NCBI GenBank assembly: GCA_038845265.1
Contig: JAWBQR010000006.1
Coordinates: forward strand, 1 to 64,000
Direction of reading: 5' to 3'
DNA: 64,000 bases
From: Nitrososphaerota archaeon
GTDB taxonomy: Archaea; Thermoproteota; Nitrososphaeria_A; Caldarchaeales; Calditenuaceae
Part shown: one piece after another, positions 9,508-19,368 of the stretch
How positions within the stretch are numbered: position 1 is the first letter of the stretch
Layout of the letters: the number at the start of each line of letters is the position of its first letter
Position numbers and translations under genes: made by a program
The notes under the pieces: model-generated
Told to the model about the DNA's origin: nothing
Seen by the model: the letters and a program-made list of their open reading frames with translations, nothing else
Databases searched by the model: none

Positions 9508-11232
9508 ATGTCGGACACAAACGAAATCTTTAAGTCCGCATATAAATGGGCACTCAAAAATGCATATGATCATTCAGGAAAGGCGATCGATAGGGCAGTG
9601 ATCTCGAAAGTCATCGCAGAGATGCCATGGGCGAAATCTGATATACAAACTCTAAAGTCAGAGGTTGAAAGGGCAGTTCAGCTGGTAAACTCAATGAGCA
9701 TCGAGGAGATAGAGCACGCATTAACCGAGCTTGATCCTAAGCTGCTGGAGAAGAAGAGAGGAGAGGAGGAGAAGCGAGCGCTTCCACCGCTTCCGGGGGC
9801 AGTAAAGGGGGCGGTAGTGACTAGGCTTCCACCCGAGCCAAGCGGCTACATGCATATCGGACACGCATTGAGTGGGCTCATCAATTATCTCTACAAGGAG
9901 ATGTATGACGGTAAGCTGTGGCTGAGGTTTGAGGACACCGATCCAAGAAAGGCGAAGGCAGAATACTACGAGTCGTTCAGGGATGGATATACGTGGCTCG
10001 GGATTAAGTGGGACTACGAGAAGAATAACAGCGACGATATACCGCTTATGTATGAATATGCCGAGAGGCTGATTAGTCAGGGTAAGGCATATGCGTGTCT
10101 ATGCAGGAAGGAGGAATTGAGAAAGAGGAGGGCGCTCGGAGAGGCCTGTATTCACAGATCAATGAGCAGGGACTGGAGCCTTGAGCAATGGGACAGGATG
10201 CTCAGTGGACACTACAGAGAAGGAGAAATCTCCATCAGGCTCATGGGCGACCTTAAATCGATGAATACAGCTCTCAGGGATCCAGTGCTGCTTCGGATCG
10301 TTAATCATCCCCATCCACTCTGCGGTGAGAAATACTTGGTCTGGCCTACATATGACTTCGCGGTCAGTATCGAGGATGCCTTGTGTGGAGTCACGCATGT
10401 ATTGAGGACGTCTGAGTTTATGTTCAGGGACGAGCTTCAGGACATGATTAGGAGATACCTTGGACTGCCCAACCCAGTATACGTCGAGTATTCAAGGTTC
10501 GAGTTTGAGGGCACACCTGTCGCTAAGAGAGAGATAAGGGAGCTCATAACCAGTGGTTTAGTCAAGGGTTGGGATGATCCGAGACTCGCGACGATCATGG
10601 CGGTTAGAAGGAGAGGAATCCTGCCTGAAGCCCTGCGGGAATTCGTCCTAAGATACACCGCGCTAACCACGACTAAGAAGGAATACTCATGGGACCTACT
10701 CTACGCAATAAATAGGAGGATAATCGACTCAGCGGCCCCTAGGCTCTTCTTTGTCCCGGAGCCTGTCAAGCTCGTTCTGAGTGGGCTTGGTTGTAAGGTT
10801 ATCGAGGCGCCGCTCCATCCTACGAGTGATCTGGGTAAGAGAAAGCTTCAGGTATCCAGCCAGCTATATGTACCTCGAAGAGATGCAGAGAAATTCAATG
10901 TTGGAGATAAGTTTAGGCTGAAGTACTTGGCAAACTGCAGAGTCATCGAGAAGGGCGAGGACTATATCTTAGCAGAGGCAAGGGAGGGCGAGCCGGAGCC
11001 AGGCATAGAGATAATCCAGTGGGCACCGGAGGACTCGCATGAAATAAGAATAATCATTCCTGGACAATTATTCAGGAATGAGGAATTCCAGGTAGACAGC
11101 CTGAAGACCGTCACCGGTCTCGTCGAGCCCTATGAGGCGGGCATAAAGATAGGCATGAGGGTCCAGTTCGAGAGGTTCGGATACTGCATAAAGGACCCAG
11201 AGCCCAAGACATACATCTTCATCCATCAGTGA
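9508..11232 (+). CDS. gltX: Glutamyl-tRNA synthetase (archaeal)
   Basis: TRLPPEPSGYMHIGHA (HIGH), LRFEDTDP, WPTYDF, GWDDPRLAT, QFERFGY. Confidence 0.96.
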   Translation: MSDTNEIFKSAYKWALKNAYDHSGKAIDRAVISKVIAEMPWAKSDIQTLKSEVERAVQLVNSMSIEEIEHALTELDPKLLEKKRGEEEKRALPPLPGAVKGAVVTRLPPEPSGYMHIGHALSGLINYLYKEMYDGKLWLRFEDTDPRKAKAEYYESFRDGYTWLGIKWDYEKNNSDDIPLMYEYAERLISQGKAYACLCRKEELRKRRALGEACIHRSMSRDWSLEQWDRMLSGHYREGEISIRLMGDLKSMNTALRDPVLLRIVNHPHPLCGEKYLVWPTYDFAVSIEDALCGVTHVLRTSEFMFRDELQDMIRRYLGLPNPVYVEYSRFEFEGTPVAKREIRELITSGLVKGWDDPRLATIMAVRRRGILPEALREFVLRYTALTTTKKEYSWDLLYAINRRIIDSAAPRLFFVPEPVKLVLSGLGCKVIEAPLHPTSDLGKRKLQVSSQLYVPRRDAEKFNVGDKFRLKYLANCRVIEKGEDYILAEAREGEPEPGIEIIQWAPEDSHEIRIIIPGQLFRNEEFQVDSLKTVTGLVEPYEAGIKIGMRVQFERFGYCIKDPEPKTYIFIHQ

Positions 11233-11369
11233 ATCCGAAGCATCTTCTTTGGTAAGAATTGCCTATGACCTCTAGGGCAGAGAAGGAGCACCTTGTCGCC
11301 AATCTCTAAATAATTTACAGCCACACGCTCCTCCATGCACATAATGCATCTATACCTAATCTCCTTCAT
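11226..11369 (-). CDS. Putative 47-aa Zn-ribbon micro-protein (not in ORF track)
   Basis: Manual translation: MKEIRYRCIMCMEERVAVNYLEIGDKVLLLCPRGHRQFLPKKMLRIH*. CxxC-x19-CxxGH ligand set; co-oriented downstream of the arcadin-like gene. Confidence 0.6.
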   Translation of the reverse strand: MKEIRYRCIMCMEERVAVNYLEIGDKVLLLCPRGHRQFLPKKMLRIH

Positions 11370-11462
11370 TCTGAACTATTTGGAAATCTACCATTATTTA
11401 TTTCTGACTCTGTATGAAATTTATTATCTATTTCATTACTTGTCCGATAATATAACTCGGGT

Positions 11463-11804
11463 CTATATTGGGTTAAATGATATTTTTCCATCCTTAAAAT
11501 CAAGCTCGAATTCTTCATTGACATCGAATCTCACACCGAGTCTTTCATACTCCTCCTCGCTGAGTATCAGAGTTATCTTGGGATACATCGCGTCCCTCGG
11601 CGGTGGGACGAGTCCAAGCCCTTGGAGCTGGATAAATACTCCCTGAATCAGTCTCTGCGCGATTAATGTCTCCTCCGTTCCAGGACCGACGAAGGCGCCT
11701 TCCCTCCGCCTAACCTCGACGAGCTCGATTAATTTTCCGGGCCTGCCGGTCTCTGGATCATTATAGGCAGTAACCCTGTACACCCTAACTCTTACACCAC
11801 ACAT
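11463..11804 (-). CDS. Arcadin-1-like protein
   Basis: Pattern RVYRV..DP.G...KLIELVE...PKITLILSEEEYERLG..FDVNEEFELDFKDGKISFNP resembles arcadin-1 (Rcd-1) as recalled; similar length (113 aa). Confidence 0.72.
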   Translation of the reverse strand: MCGVRVRVYRVTAYNDPETGRPGKLIELVEVRRREGAFVGPGTEETLIAQRLIQGVFIQLQGLGLVPPPRDAMYPKITLILSEEEYERLGVRFDVNEEFELDFKDGKISFNPI

Positions 11805-11854
11805 TGAGAATAATTTGTTATGTCTACTATATAATTATTTGAGAATTAGGAGCG

Positions 11855-12304
11855 TTATTCTTCTTCCTCAGCCGCTTCTTCTAGCTCTTCTAGGTATCTG
11901 GCATATTCATCTGCATCCATTAGAAAATTAAGCTCGGACTCATCGCTTAACTCGATCTTGACGAGCCACCCATCATCGTAGGGCGACTCATTTATGATTT
12001 CAGGGCTATCGATTAGCTTGGTATTCACCTCTATGACTTTTCCTGACAGTGGCGCGTAGACGTCTGCACTTGCTTTGACAGACTCGACAGTCGCTAGTGT
12101 CTGTTTTCTCTGAACCTTTGTATTTACATTTGGAAGCTCAACATAGATTATTTCCCTCAGTTTCTTCTGGGCGTAGTCGGTTATCCCCACCGTCGCGAAC
12201 TTCTTCTCAACTTTCACCCACTCATGGTCATTTGTATAGTAGTAGTCTTCCGGGATATGATACTTATCCCTCAAAAATGCCCCCCAAAAACCTCTCTTAA
12301 TCAT
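11855..12304 (-). CDS. gcvH: Glycine cleavage system H protein (lipoyl carrier)
   Basis: YTNDHEWV, VGITDYAQ, VESVKAS lipoyl-Lys motif, INESPYDDGWL. Confidence 0.94.
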   Translation of the reverse strand: MIKRGFWGAFLRDKYHIPEDYYYTNDHEWVKVEKKFATVGITDYAQKKLREIIYVELPNVNTKVQRKQTLATVESVKASADVYAPLSGKVIEVNTKLIDSPEIINESPYDDGWLVKIELSDESELNFLMDADEYARYLEELEEAAEEEE

Positions 12305-12373
12305 CTATATTAATTTAACTTTATTTAACTGACTGATAGAAAACATCTAGGGACAGCTGCCGTAGGTTTACTC

Positions 12374-13741
12374 CTAGATTAGTGGTGATGGGTGGCTGAA
12401 TGGTCCGTATGCATTCTCATATGCATAGGCAATGCTGAGGACCAGTGAATCTAGTCCTCTTTTACAAATTATCTGGCCGCCAACCGGAAGGCCATTAGAT
12501 GTATGCCCTAGCGGTATGGATATCGCGGGTGAGCCTGTGAGGTTGAAGAGATGCGTAAAGGAGACAAGTTTTCGATGAATCACGAGTCGTTCCTGAAGAG
12601 AGAGGCGCTCTAATTCATCTATTCGTGGAGCATTTATTGGCACGGTGGGCATAACTATTGCGTCGAGTCTAGTCATCAGGGAGTCCATTTTTCCTGATAG
12701 TTTTTCTTTCTCTTTTTGAGCAATAATGTAGTCAACTGCTTTGAAGCTCATGCCTTCTCTCAGCCCATCCAGTACGTCGTCGCTGTATAATTCTGGTACA
12801 CTCTCCAGCCATCGTCGATGAATTGCGGATGCCTCGCTCCTCCTTATTATCACCCATGTCCTAAAAATCTCGCTGAACCACTTAGCCTCTACGTTACTGA
12901 CATCAATATCGAGAGATGAGAGCTTATCCACAAATTTTTTGATAAGCGACATGATTTCCTTATCCGTGGAGTCCTCAAAAAATCCCCAGGGTATTCCAAT
13001 CTTAATGCCTCTTGGAAGAGGTCTTAATGGAGGGGACGTTGCCCCCTCTCTTGATATGATTGAGAAAAGTGCAGCTACGTCCCATACACTTCTAGCAAGG
13101 ATACCCACATGGTCTAGGCTCCAAGCAAGTGGAAAGACTCCAGACGTGCTTATTGCTCCATAAGTAGGCTTGAAGCCGACGACGCCGCATATAGAAGCTG
13201 GTATCCTGACAGAGCCTCCAGTATCGGTCCCCAAGGCAACCGCAGCGAGCCCAGCCGAGACAGCTGCTGCTGAACCACTGCTCGACCCTCCCGCAATGTA
13301 GTCCGTATTCCACGGATTGCGTGTAGGCCCAAAATGTGGATTTAGGCCAGTTGGCCCTGAGGCAAATTCATGGAGGTTCGTCTTTCCGAGAACTATGAGT
13401 CCAGCCCGCCTAGACTCTGAGACACAGTCAGCATCTCTCTTTGCCTCTTCTTGACCCAGTATTTTTGAGCCGGCGGTCAGCGGATAACCCGCGACTGATA
13501 TGATATCCTTTATCGCAATTGGTGCGCCATGCAGGGCCGACCTAGGTCCGTATCTATTTAATATGGCGTCTGATTCTCTCGCCTGCCTCAAAGTCTCATC
13601 GGGCCTCACGGAGATGTATGCATTGAGCCTGGGATTATTTTTGTGAATTTTATCAAGCAGGACGTATGCTGCTTCTTCGCATTTAATCTCTCCCGAGATG
13701 AGTGCGGTACAGAGCTCGCGGGCTGTGTTTATAGCGGGCAT
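12374..13741 (-). CDS. Amidase signature family protein (GatA-like)
   Basis: AIKD, GKTNLHEFA, GGSSSGS, GTDTGGSVRIPA. No gatB/C nearby. Confidence 0.9.
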   Translation of the reverse strand: MPAINTARELCTALISGEIKCEEAAYVLLDKIHKNNPRLNAYISVRPDETLRQARESDAILNRYGPRSALHGAPIAIKDIISVAGYPLTAGSKILGQEEAKRDADCVSESRRAGLIVLGKTNLHEFASGPTGLNPHFGPTRNPWNTDYIAGGSSSGSAAAVSAGLAAVALGTDTGGSVRIPASICGVVGFKPTYGAISTSGVFPLAWSLDHVGILARSVWDVAALFSIISREGATSPPLRPLPRGIKIGIPWGFFEDSTDKEIMSLIKKFVDKLSSLDIDVSNVEAKWFSEIFRTWVIIRRSEASAIHRRWLESVPELYSDDVLDGLREGMSFKAVDYIIAQKEKEKLSGKMDSLMTRLDAIVMPTVPINAPRIDELERLSLQERLVIHRKLVSFTHLFNLTGSPAISIPLGHTSNGLPVGGQIICKRGLDSLVLSIAYAYENAYGPFSHPSPLI

Positions 13742-13853
13742 ACGGTTACACCATATTGACTAATAAATAGGTATTTCTCCAGCGTGGTACTAATCTTTAT
13801 TCCATACCAAAACATAATATGTCATGGGGTAGGGACAAGAAAGGTGGTGCAAC

Positions 13854-14249
13854 TTGAGTGAAGATGAAGACATAAGTCTAAGAATGTTGAGGCTGAAAAA
13901 GCTCAGGAAAATGATGGCTGAAGCCTCACAGAAAGCAGGACCTGAGGCCCAGAAACCGCAGGAAGAACCGGCCTCGAGCAAGTTGCTGAAACACCTTGCA
14001 GATAGGGGTGATGAGGTGTTGGAAGCTGCAAAGGAGCTAAATCCTGAGTTGACTGAGCAAGTATCTAGAGTGTTGCTAAAGGCGATCGAGGAGGGTAAGG
14101 TCAGGCCACCGATAACAGGTGGTGAGCTTCTACAGCTATTCCGAAGGCTCGGATTAGACATACATATCAGTACACGCGTCGCCGTATACAAGAAGGGCGA
14201 GACAAGAGAGTTAAAGGAATTCCTCGAGGAATCATGGAAGCAGCTCTAG
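13854..14249 (+). CDS. PDCD5-like dsDNA-binding protein
   Basis: EDEDISLRMLRLKKL N-terminus, ADRGDEVLEAA, ITGGELLQLFRRLG..I.ISTRV. SD-like AGGTGGTG upstream of TTG. Confidence 0.7.
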   Translation: MSEDEDISLRMLRLKKLRKMMAEASQKAGPEAQKPQEEPASSKLLKHLADRGDEVLEAAKELNPELTEQVSRVLLKAIEEGKVRPPITGGELLQLFRRLGLDIHISTRVAVYKKGETRELKEFLEESWKQL

Positions 14250-14274
14250 CCCAGTTAAACTATACGTCAGTGTT

Positions 14275-15846
14275 TTATCCACAGATTGAGGGGCCAGTGA
14301 CTCCTAGATAGTACTCCTTGCCGAGCCTAGTACCTGTGACTGGATTTAGCAGGTTCTCTACGGGTGCATATGCATCATGAAGGAGAGGTACATCCATTAT
14401 CGGCAATTCATAGGTTGGCATTAACCCAAAGAATCTATCAAGCCCAAGGCTCGATGATACATTATCCATCCTAGCCAGGTCTATAAGCTCATCTTTTAGC
14501 GGCAAAGATGCGTCAGAAGCGATCAATATGATGTTTTGCACCTGTCCACCACTGCTTGAGAAGACTGGGACGACTATCACTTCTCTAAAAATTGAGCGGA
14601 TCGTCTTGTACTCCGCTCTCATTATGTCGGATGTTGGGCCTTCTAGGGAGGCAATAATGTTGAGGATTACTATTCCATTTCTTTTGAGATGAGACTTGAC
14701 AAGGGCATAGAACTCGAGTGTCATTAAGTGGAACGGTATATAGTTCTTGGAGTATGCATCTACTATTATTACATCATAAACCTCGCTTGTCCTAGTTAAG
14801 TATCTTCTGCCATCCTCGACGAAGACGTTTAGTCGCGGATCGTCCCTCACTTCAAAGTAATCCCTAGCCACGTCTACTACGGCCGGGTCTATCTCGACGA
14901 CGTCTATGATCATCGATCTATAGTTCTTAAGGAAGAATTTTGGGCCTGAAAATCCTCCCCCACCGATGAATAGTGTCCTAGACGCATTTGGGGCAAGCAA
15001 CGGGCCGGCTGCAAATAGCTTTGTATAGTCAAAGACGAGGGCATATGGATCTGCGAGTGACATGCCGCTATGTAGAAGACCATTGAGGTAGAGATACCTA
15101 ATCCCCCCTCTATCGACGACGACTATGTTGTTGTAGAGAGACTCGCCCCTATACTGCAGAGTACCAATCAGGGATGAGGAGCAAGTAAGATAGAACGTGA
15201 CTCCCTGTGGGTAAAGAAAGACAACAACTAACATAAGCGCTGCAAGCATCTTCCACGACTTAATTAGTGGAGCGACGACAATCAGAAGAGCAATGCCAGA
15301 TATGTAAAAAATCATATTAACATCAAGCATAGGTATTAGAACAAAAGTCGTAAGGAATGTCCCAATAATGCTCCCGAGCGTCGAGTATGCATAAAGATTT
15401 CCAGATACTTTGCCCAGCGATGCGAGTTCGCTTGCCCTCAGCTTAAGTGCTACGGGCGTTACTCCTCCTAGTAGAAAAGTTGATGGTCCGAGAACGATCA
15501 GGGAGGAAAGCACAGTTCCTATCCTGTCATCGAGTATGGATGGATCAAGTCTGCTCAGGAGCATGGCTGATAGGGTCGGCGTAGCTAACACGTAGATAGA
15601 GGCTGAGACTATTAGTGCCTCTAGGAGCTTTCTAGGGCTTGTCCTATCTGCGAGCGCTCCAAGAGCTGCATAGCCAAGTGATAGACAAGTCAAGACTGTT
15701 CCTATTAGTCCGCCCCAAGTCATGACTGAGCTTCCATAGATTGGCGTAATCACCCTGCTCCCAGTTAGTTCAAGAACCATGACTACTACTCCTGCGACAA
15801 TAACGTTCAATAATAGTACCAGTGTTCTCAGTCTATTTTCCCTCAA
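14275..15846 (-). CDS. Fused MFS-like membrane domain / spermidine synthase-like SAM-dependent transferase
   Basis: About 7 N-terminal TM helices (LELTGSRV..P.YGSS), then IGGGG, VVEIDP, EDGRRYL, IIVDAY. Confidence 0.88.
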   Translation of the reverse strand: MRENRLRTLVLLLNVIVAGVVVMVLELTGSRVITPIYGSSVMTWGGLIGTVLTCLSLGYAALGALADRTSPRKLLEALIVSASIYVLATPTLSAMLLSRLDPSILDDRIGTVLSSLIVLGPSTFLLGGVTPVALKLRASELASLGKVSGNLYAYSTLGSIIGTFLTTFVLIPMLDVNMIFYISGIALLIVVAPLIKSWKMLAALMLVVVFLYPQGVTFYLTCSSSLIGTLQYRGESLYNNIVVVDRGGIRYLYLNGLLHSGMSLADPYALVFDYTKLFAAGPLLAPNASRTLFIGGGGFSGPKFFLKNYRSMIIDVVEIDPAVVDVARDYFEVRDDPRLNVFVEDGRRYLTRTSEVYDVIIVDAYSKNYIPFHLMTLEFYALVKSHLKRNGIVILNIIASLEGPTSDIMRAEYKTIRSIFREVIVVPVFSSSGGQVQNIILIASDASLPLKDELIDLARMDNVSSSLGLDRFFGLMPTYELPIMDVPLLHDAYAPVENLLNPVTGTRLGKEYYLGVTGPSICG

Positions 15847-15909
15847 TAACTCCAGCCCCCCGCCTCACGTTATATACATTTATTCAGTGATTAACTATTT
15901 TGATATGTA

Positions 15910-17061
15910 TTGAGGAGAGTGGAGGTAGCTGTAGTCGGTGCTGGCGCTGCTGGACTGATAGCCTCGAGGGAGGCTGCACGGCTTGGATTAGAAGTCGAAG
16001 TATTCGAGGAGGACGAGACAATCGGCAGGCCGGAGAGATGCGCAGGACTCTACAGCATTCAGGGACTTAGAAGATTAGGGATAGAGCTTAGAGATGATTA
16101 TTTACAAAACACTGTTAAAGGTGCAATGATTCATTCTCCAGGCGGCAATGTAATAGAGATAAGGACGCATCGGCCCGTGGCGGCGGTTATCAGGAGAGAG
16201 GCTCTTGATAGGTCATTGGCTGAGGAGGCCATAACCAAGGGCGCCAAGACCAATGTACAAAGCAGGGTCAAATATGTTCAAAGAGAGGGCCGAGAATTGA
16301 AGTTGAGGGTAGGCGACGAGGAGGTCACGGCGTCTGCACTGATAGATGCCGAGGGCCAAAGGGGAATCATTGCCAAGATGCTCTTCCCATCTTATAGGAT
16401 AATTGGGTGGATACCCATCATACAGCTACTGATATCTGGGCATGGATATGAGGAAGACATGGTCCACATCTGGTTCAAATCATATCTTAGGGATTTCTTC
16501 GGATACTTAATTCCGATAGACGAGAAGCTGGGAAGACTGGGCGTCGCATCGTATAAGGACACTCTCGCTAAGGCTAGAAAGTTCCTTGAAGAAGTCGCGC
16601 CTCGGGCTAAGATAATTGGTTATAGCTCCTCATGCATATATGAGGGCCTGCCCTCAGAGATTGGGCTGGATGGAAACGTGGTCCTCGTCGGCAATGTTGC
16701 TGGACAGGCAAAGTCAACGACTGGTGGAGGCGTAATCATTGGTGGAATATGCGCACAGTACGCGGCCCAGCACCTCTATAATTTATTGAGAGAAGGAAAA
16801 GACGGTACATATAGAGGGCGCGTCAGACCAATCTACCGCGAGCTGAATATGATGCATCGTATTAAGACCTGGATTAAGAGTCTACCCGACGAAAAGCTGG
16901 ACAGTTTGTTCAGAATGATATTAGAGAGTGGCTTTGATAAGAAAATAGCCAAGGCTGGGGACATGGATTTTCAGGCAACAAGCATGTTGAAGGCATTACT
17001 CAGCATTAGTGGTGCAAAACTTATCCTCCGAATGATAAGGACTGGGCTGCTGCCTGGCTAG
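15910..17061 (+). CDS. Geranylgeranyl reductase family FAD oxidoreductase
   Basis: VVGAGAAG Rossmann motif, G.PERCAG, RREALDRSLA, VGNVAGQAKSTTGGG. Confidence 0.88.
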   Translation: MRRVEVAVVGAGAAGLIASREAARLGLEVEVFEEDETIGRPERCAGLYSIQGLRRLGIELRDDYLQNTVKGAMIHSPGGNVIEIRTHRPVAAVIRREALDRSLAEEAITKGAKTNVQSRVKYVQREGRELKLRVGDEEVTASALIDAEGQRGIIAKMLFPSYRIIGWIPIIQLLISGHGYEEDMVHIWFKSYLRDFFGYLIPIDEKLGRLGVASYKDTLAKARKFLEEVAPRAKIIGYSSSCIYEGLPSEIGLDGNVVLVGNVAGQAKSTTGGGVIIGGICAQYAAQHLYNLLREGKDGTYRGRVRPIYRELNMMHRIKTWIKSLPDEKLDSLFRMILESGFDKKIAKAGDMDFQATSMLKALLSISGAKLILRMIRTGLLPG

Positions 17062-18191
17062 CGTTGCTCTATTGGGATGTATTTTCTACCATACTCGCCC
17101 GTGTATAGATGCAGCGGCCTGATGAGTTTATTATCGGTCCAGTACTCTAACACATGTGCAACGATGCCGGCGACCCTGCTCATGGCATACATCAATGTGT
17201 AGTACCTCTTAGGTATGCCTAACGCTGTATAGATTATTGGCGACCAGTAATCTACGTTCGGATATATCCCTCTTGGTGCCAAATGTTTTATTCCAACTTC
17301 CTCGAGCCTTGCAGCGACCTCATAGAGCCTTCTAATCTCTCCTCCCCTGGAATTGGCAAGCCTTCGTGCAATCCCTCTGAGGATTCTAGCCCTGGGGTCA
17401 TAGGTTCTATAAACCCTGTGTCCGAAGCCCATGATTCTGCGCTTCTCTGACATTGCCCTATTGAACCACTCCTCTACTCTGTCCGGCGATCCTATCTCCG
17501 TGAGCTGGTCGTGAGCGGCCTCAGAAGCACCAACATGGAGAGGCCCACGAAGCGCGAGTAGACCGCTGACCAATGAGGAGTAGAGGTCAGCCATCGTGGA
17601 TGCGGTCACTAGTGCAGCGAAAGTGCTCGCCGGTAGTCCATGCTCGGCCTGGAGTATAAGGAGCTTCTCAAGTATCTCAGAATCCTCCCTGCTAGGTACT
17701 TCGCCAGTAATCATGTAGAGGAAATTGGCTGCATGTCCTAGGCTGGGATTAGGCTTGACCCAGTCTAGCCCCATCCCCTTGCGAATGATTGCTGCGAGTC
17801 CAGATGCTGTTAACGATACGAGCCTTACTGCCCTTTCGCGGTAATCATCTCCGATGTATCGCGAATCTATATCATAGCTTATCAATAGGAGTGAGGAGAG
17901 AAGTCCAAGGGGCTCCACGCCGCCATCAAACTTATCGATAAATTCTAACTGCTCCCTCCAGAGACTCCGGTACCTAACCATTTTGCCGGTGAAATCTTCG
18001 AGCTCCATTCTCGTCGGCAGACGTTGATTAAACAAGAGGAACACTACTTCCTCATAGCAGCTTTTCTCTGCGAGCTCCTCAACGTCATAACCCACATAGT
18101 ACAACTTGCTATTCTCTCCATCAATTAATGAAAGCTTACTCTCAGCTACGTAGACGCCCTCCAGGCCCTTGAACACTTTGTTCTCAGTCAT
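17058..18191 (-). CDS. Citrate / 2-methylcitrate synthase
   Basis: KGLEGV, EHGLPASTF, LRGPLHVGA, IMGFGHRVYRTYDPRA, YPNVDYW, KLIRP. Confidence 0.94.
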   Translation of the reverse strand: MTENKVFKGLEGVYVAESKLSLIDGENSKLYYVGYDVEELAEKSCYEEVVFLLFNQRLPTRMELEDFTGKMVRYRSLWREQLEFIDKFDGGVEPLGLLSSLLLISYDIDSRYIGDDYRERAVRLVSLTASGLAAIIRKGMGLDWVKPNPSLGHAANFLYMITGEVPSREDSEILEKLLILQAEHGLPASTFAALVTASTMADLYSSLVSGLLALRGPLHVGASEAAHDQLTEIGSPDRVEEWFNRAMSEKRRIMGFGHRVYRTYDPRARILRGIARRLANSRGGEIRRLYEVAARLEEVGIKHLAPRGIYPNVDYWSPIIYTALGIPKRYYTLMYAMSRVAGIVAHVLEYWTDNKLIRPLHLYTGEYGRKYIPIEQR

Positions 18192-18429
18192 TAGTGATTG
18201 AGCTACTCGAGGGGCTTAATTATTACCTTTTTCCTGTATAGTCGAAAAATTAAGCTAAAATTCTAACAATTTTCAATGATATTGGCAAATCAGCATTATT
18301 TTTCCAAGTTTTACATTGGGTTATAGCCTCGATTATTTCGTAAAATTATCATGCTGGAATTGACATCTTTAGGAATTGATTCATATTATGGCAACATATT
18401 GTTCAATGAATATGTATATTTGCGTAATA

Positions 18430-19368
18430 TTAATCCGAATTTCGTAGTTGATGAATTGTTGTTAGAATATAACTTGCAAGTTTAATCCTGTCACCCCTCG
18501 TCTGCATCAACGTATCCGTAATGAGGCATTTAGATACGTATTTCGTTACTTCTCCAGAGAGTTCAGCGTCGGCCCTGTCAATGATGAATAGGTCGAGGAT
18601 GTCTGAGTAGAACCGCGCAACTGAGACTACGTTTGGCTCCAGGCCTAGGTCCCTCATTAATCTATCTACCGGCCCCTTAACCGCCCTACCAGCTATGATT
18701 GGCGTAACTCCTATCCTTAATGCCTTAGTTCTTTGCAGTGCCTCTCTTACGCCTTGAAGTGCTAGAATTGGCCCGATGCTAAGTATAGGGTTGCTCGGAG
18801 CGATAATTACTGCTCTAGAGTCCAGTATTGATGGGATTACCGCTGGGCAGGGCTTAGTGTCCTCCGCCCCCTCATAAATTACCTCCCTAACCTTTACTTC
18901 TCCTCTCTTCTCTACGAAGTATCTCTGAAACGATAGGTATCCCTCGTCGGTCATCACCATTGTCCTTACTCTTCCATCCGTCATCGGTATTACTCTCTGC
19001 CTTATTCCAAGCCTCTTAGTGATTATCTCGGTTATTTCCGATAGCTTCTTTCCCTTTTGCATCATAAGTGTCCTAAAGATATGCGTGGCGAAGTCCATGT
19101 CGCCTATCTTGAACCATGTCTCGAGTCCATATCGGCTGAGCATCTCTAGGCACCTATAGGTATCGCCGTCGATTCCCCATCCCTTCTCCTTATCGGCTAT
19201 GCCTGCCAAGGTATAGACAATCGTGTCAATATCCGGCGAGATGTGGAGTCCGTAGAATTCCTCGTCATCAGCCGTGTTAACGATTATTCTGAGCTCTTCA
19301 TCGCCTACTATCGCTGCGAGTCCATCAACTAGCTTTGCACCACCGACGCCGCCGGCAAGAACCGTTAT
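18430..19368 (-). CDS. cofD: 2-phospho-L-lactate/PEP transferase CofD (F420 biosynthesis); probable ATA start
   Basis: Frame extends 5' of the track ORF to ITVLAGGVGGAKL...IVNTADD..FYGLHISPDIDT, then WFKIGDMDFATH and APSNPILSIGPIL. In-frame TGA at 19378-19380 leaves ATA at 19368 as the only plausible start. Confidence 0.9.
   Translation of the reverse strand: MTVLAGGVGGAKLVDGLAAIVGDEELRIIVNTADDEEFYGLHISPDIDTIVYTLAGIADKEKGWGIDGDTYRCLEMLSRYGLETWFKIGDMDFATHIFRTLMMQKGKKLSEITEIITKRLGIRQRVIPMTDGRVRTMVMTDEGYLSFQRYFVEKRGEVKVREVIYEGAEDTKPCPAVIPSILDSRAVIIAPSNPILSIGPILALQGVREALQRTKALRIGVTPIIAGRAVKGPVDRLMRDLGLEPNVVSVARFYSDILDLFIIDRADAELSGEVTKYVSKCLITDTLMQTRGDRIKLASYILTTIHQLRNSD

Noticed and set aside
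11335-11646. 103-aa + strand ORF and the many other short antisense ORFs in the track
   Set aside because: They overlap well-supported genes on the opposite strand and show shadow-ORF composition.
12374-13741. gatA assignment for the amidase
   Set aside because: No gatB/gatC adjacent and GatA-specific segments were not recognisable; kept as generic amidase.
18192-18429. AT-rich 240-bp intergenic region as replication origin
   Set aside because: No ORB-like repeats or G-strings and no cdc6/orc1 nearby; more likely the citrate synthase promoter region.
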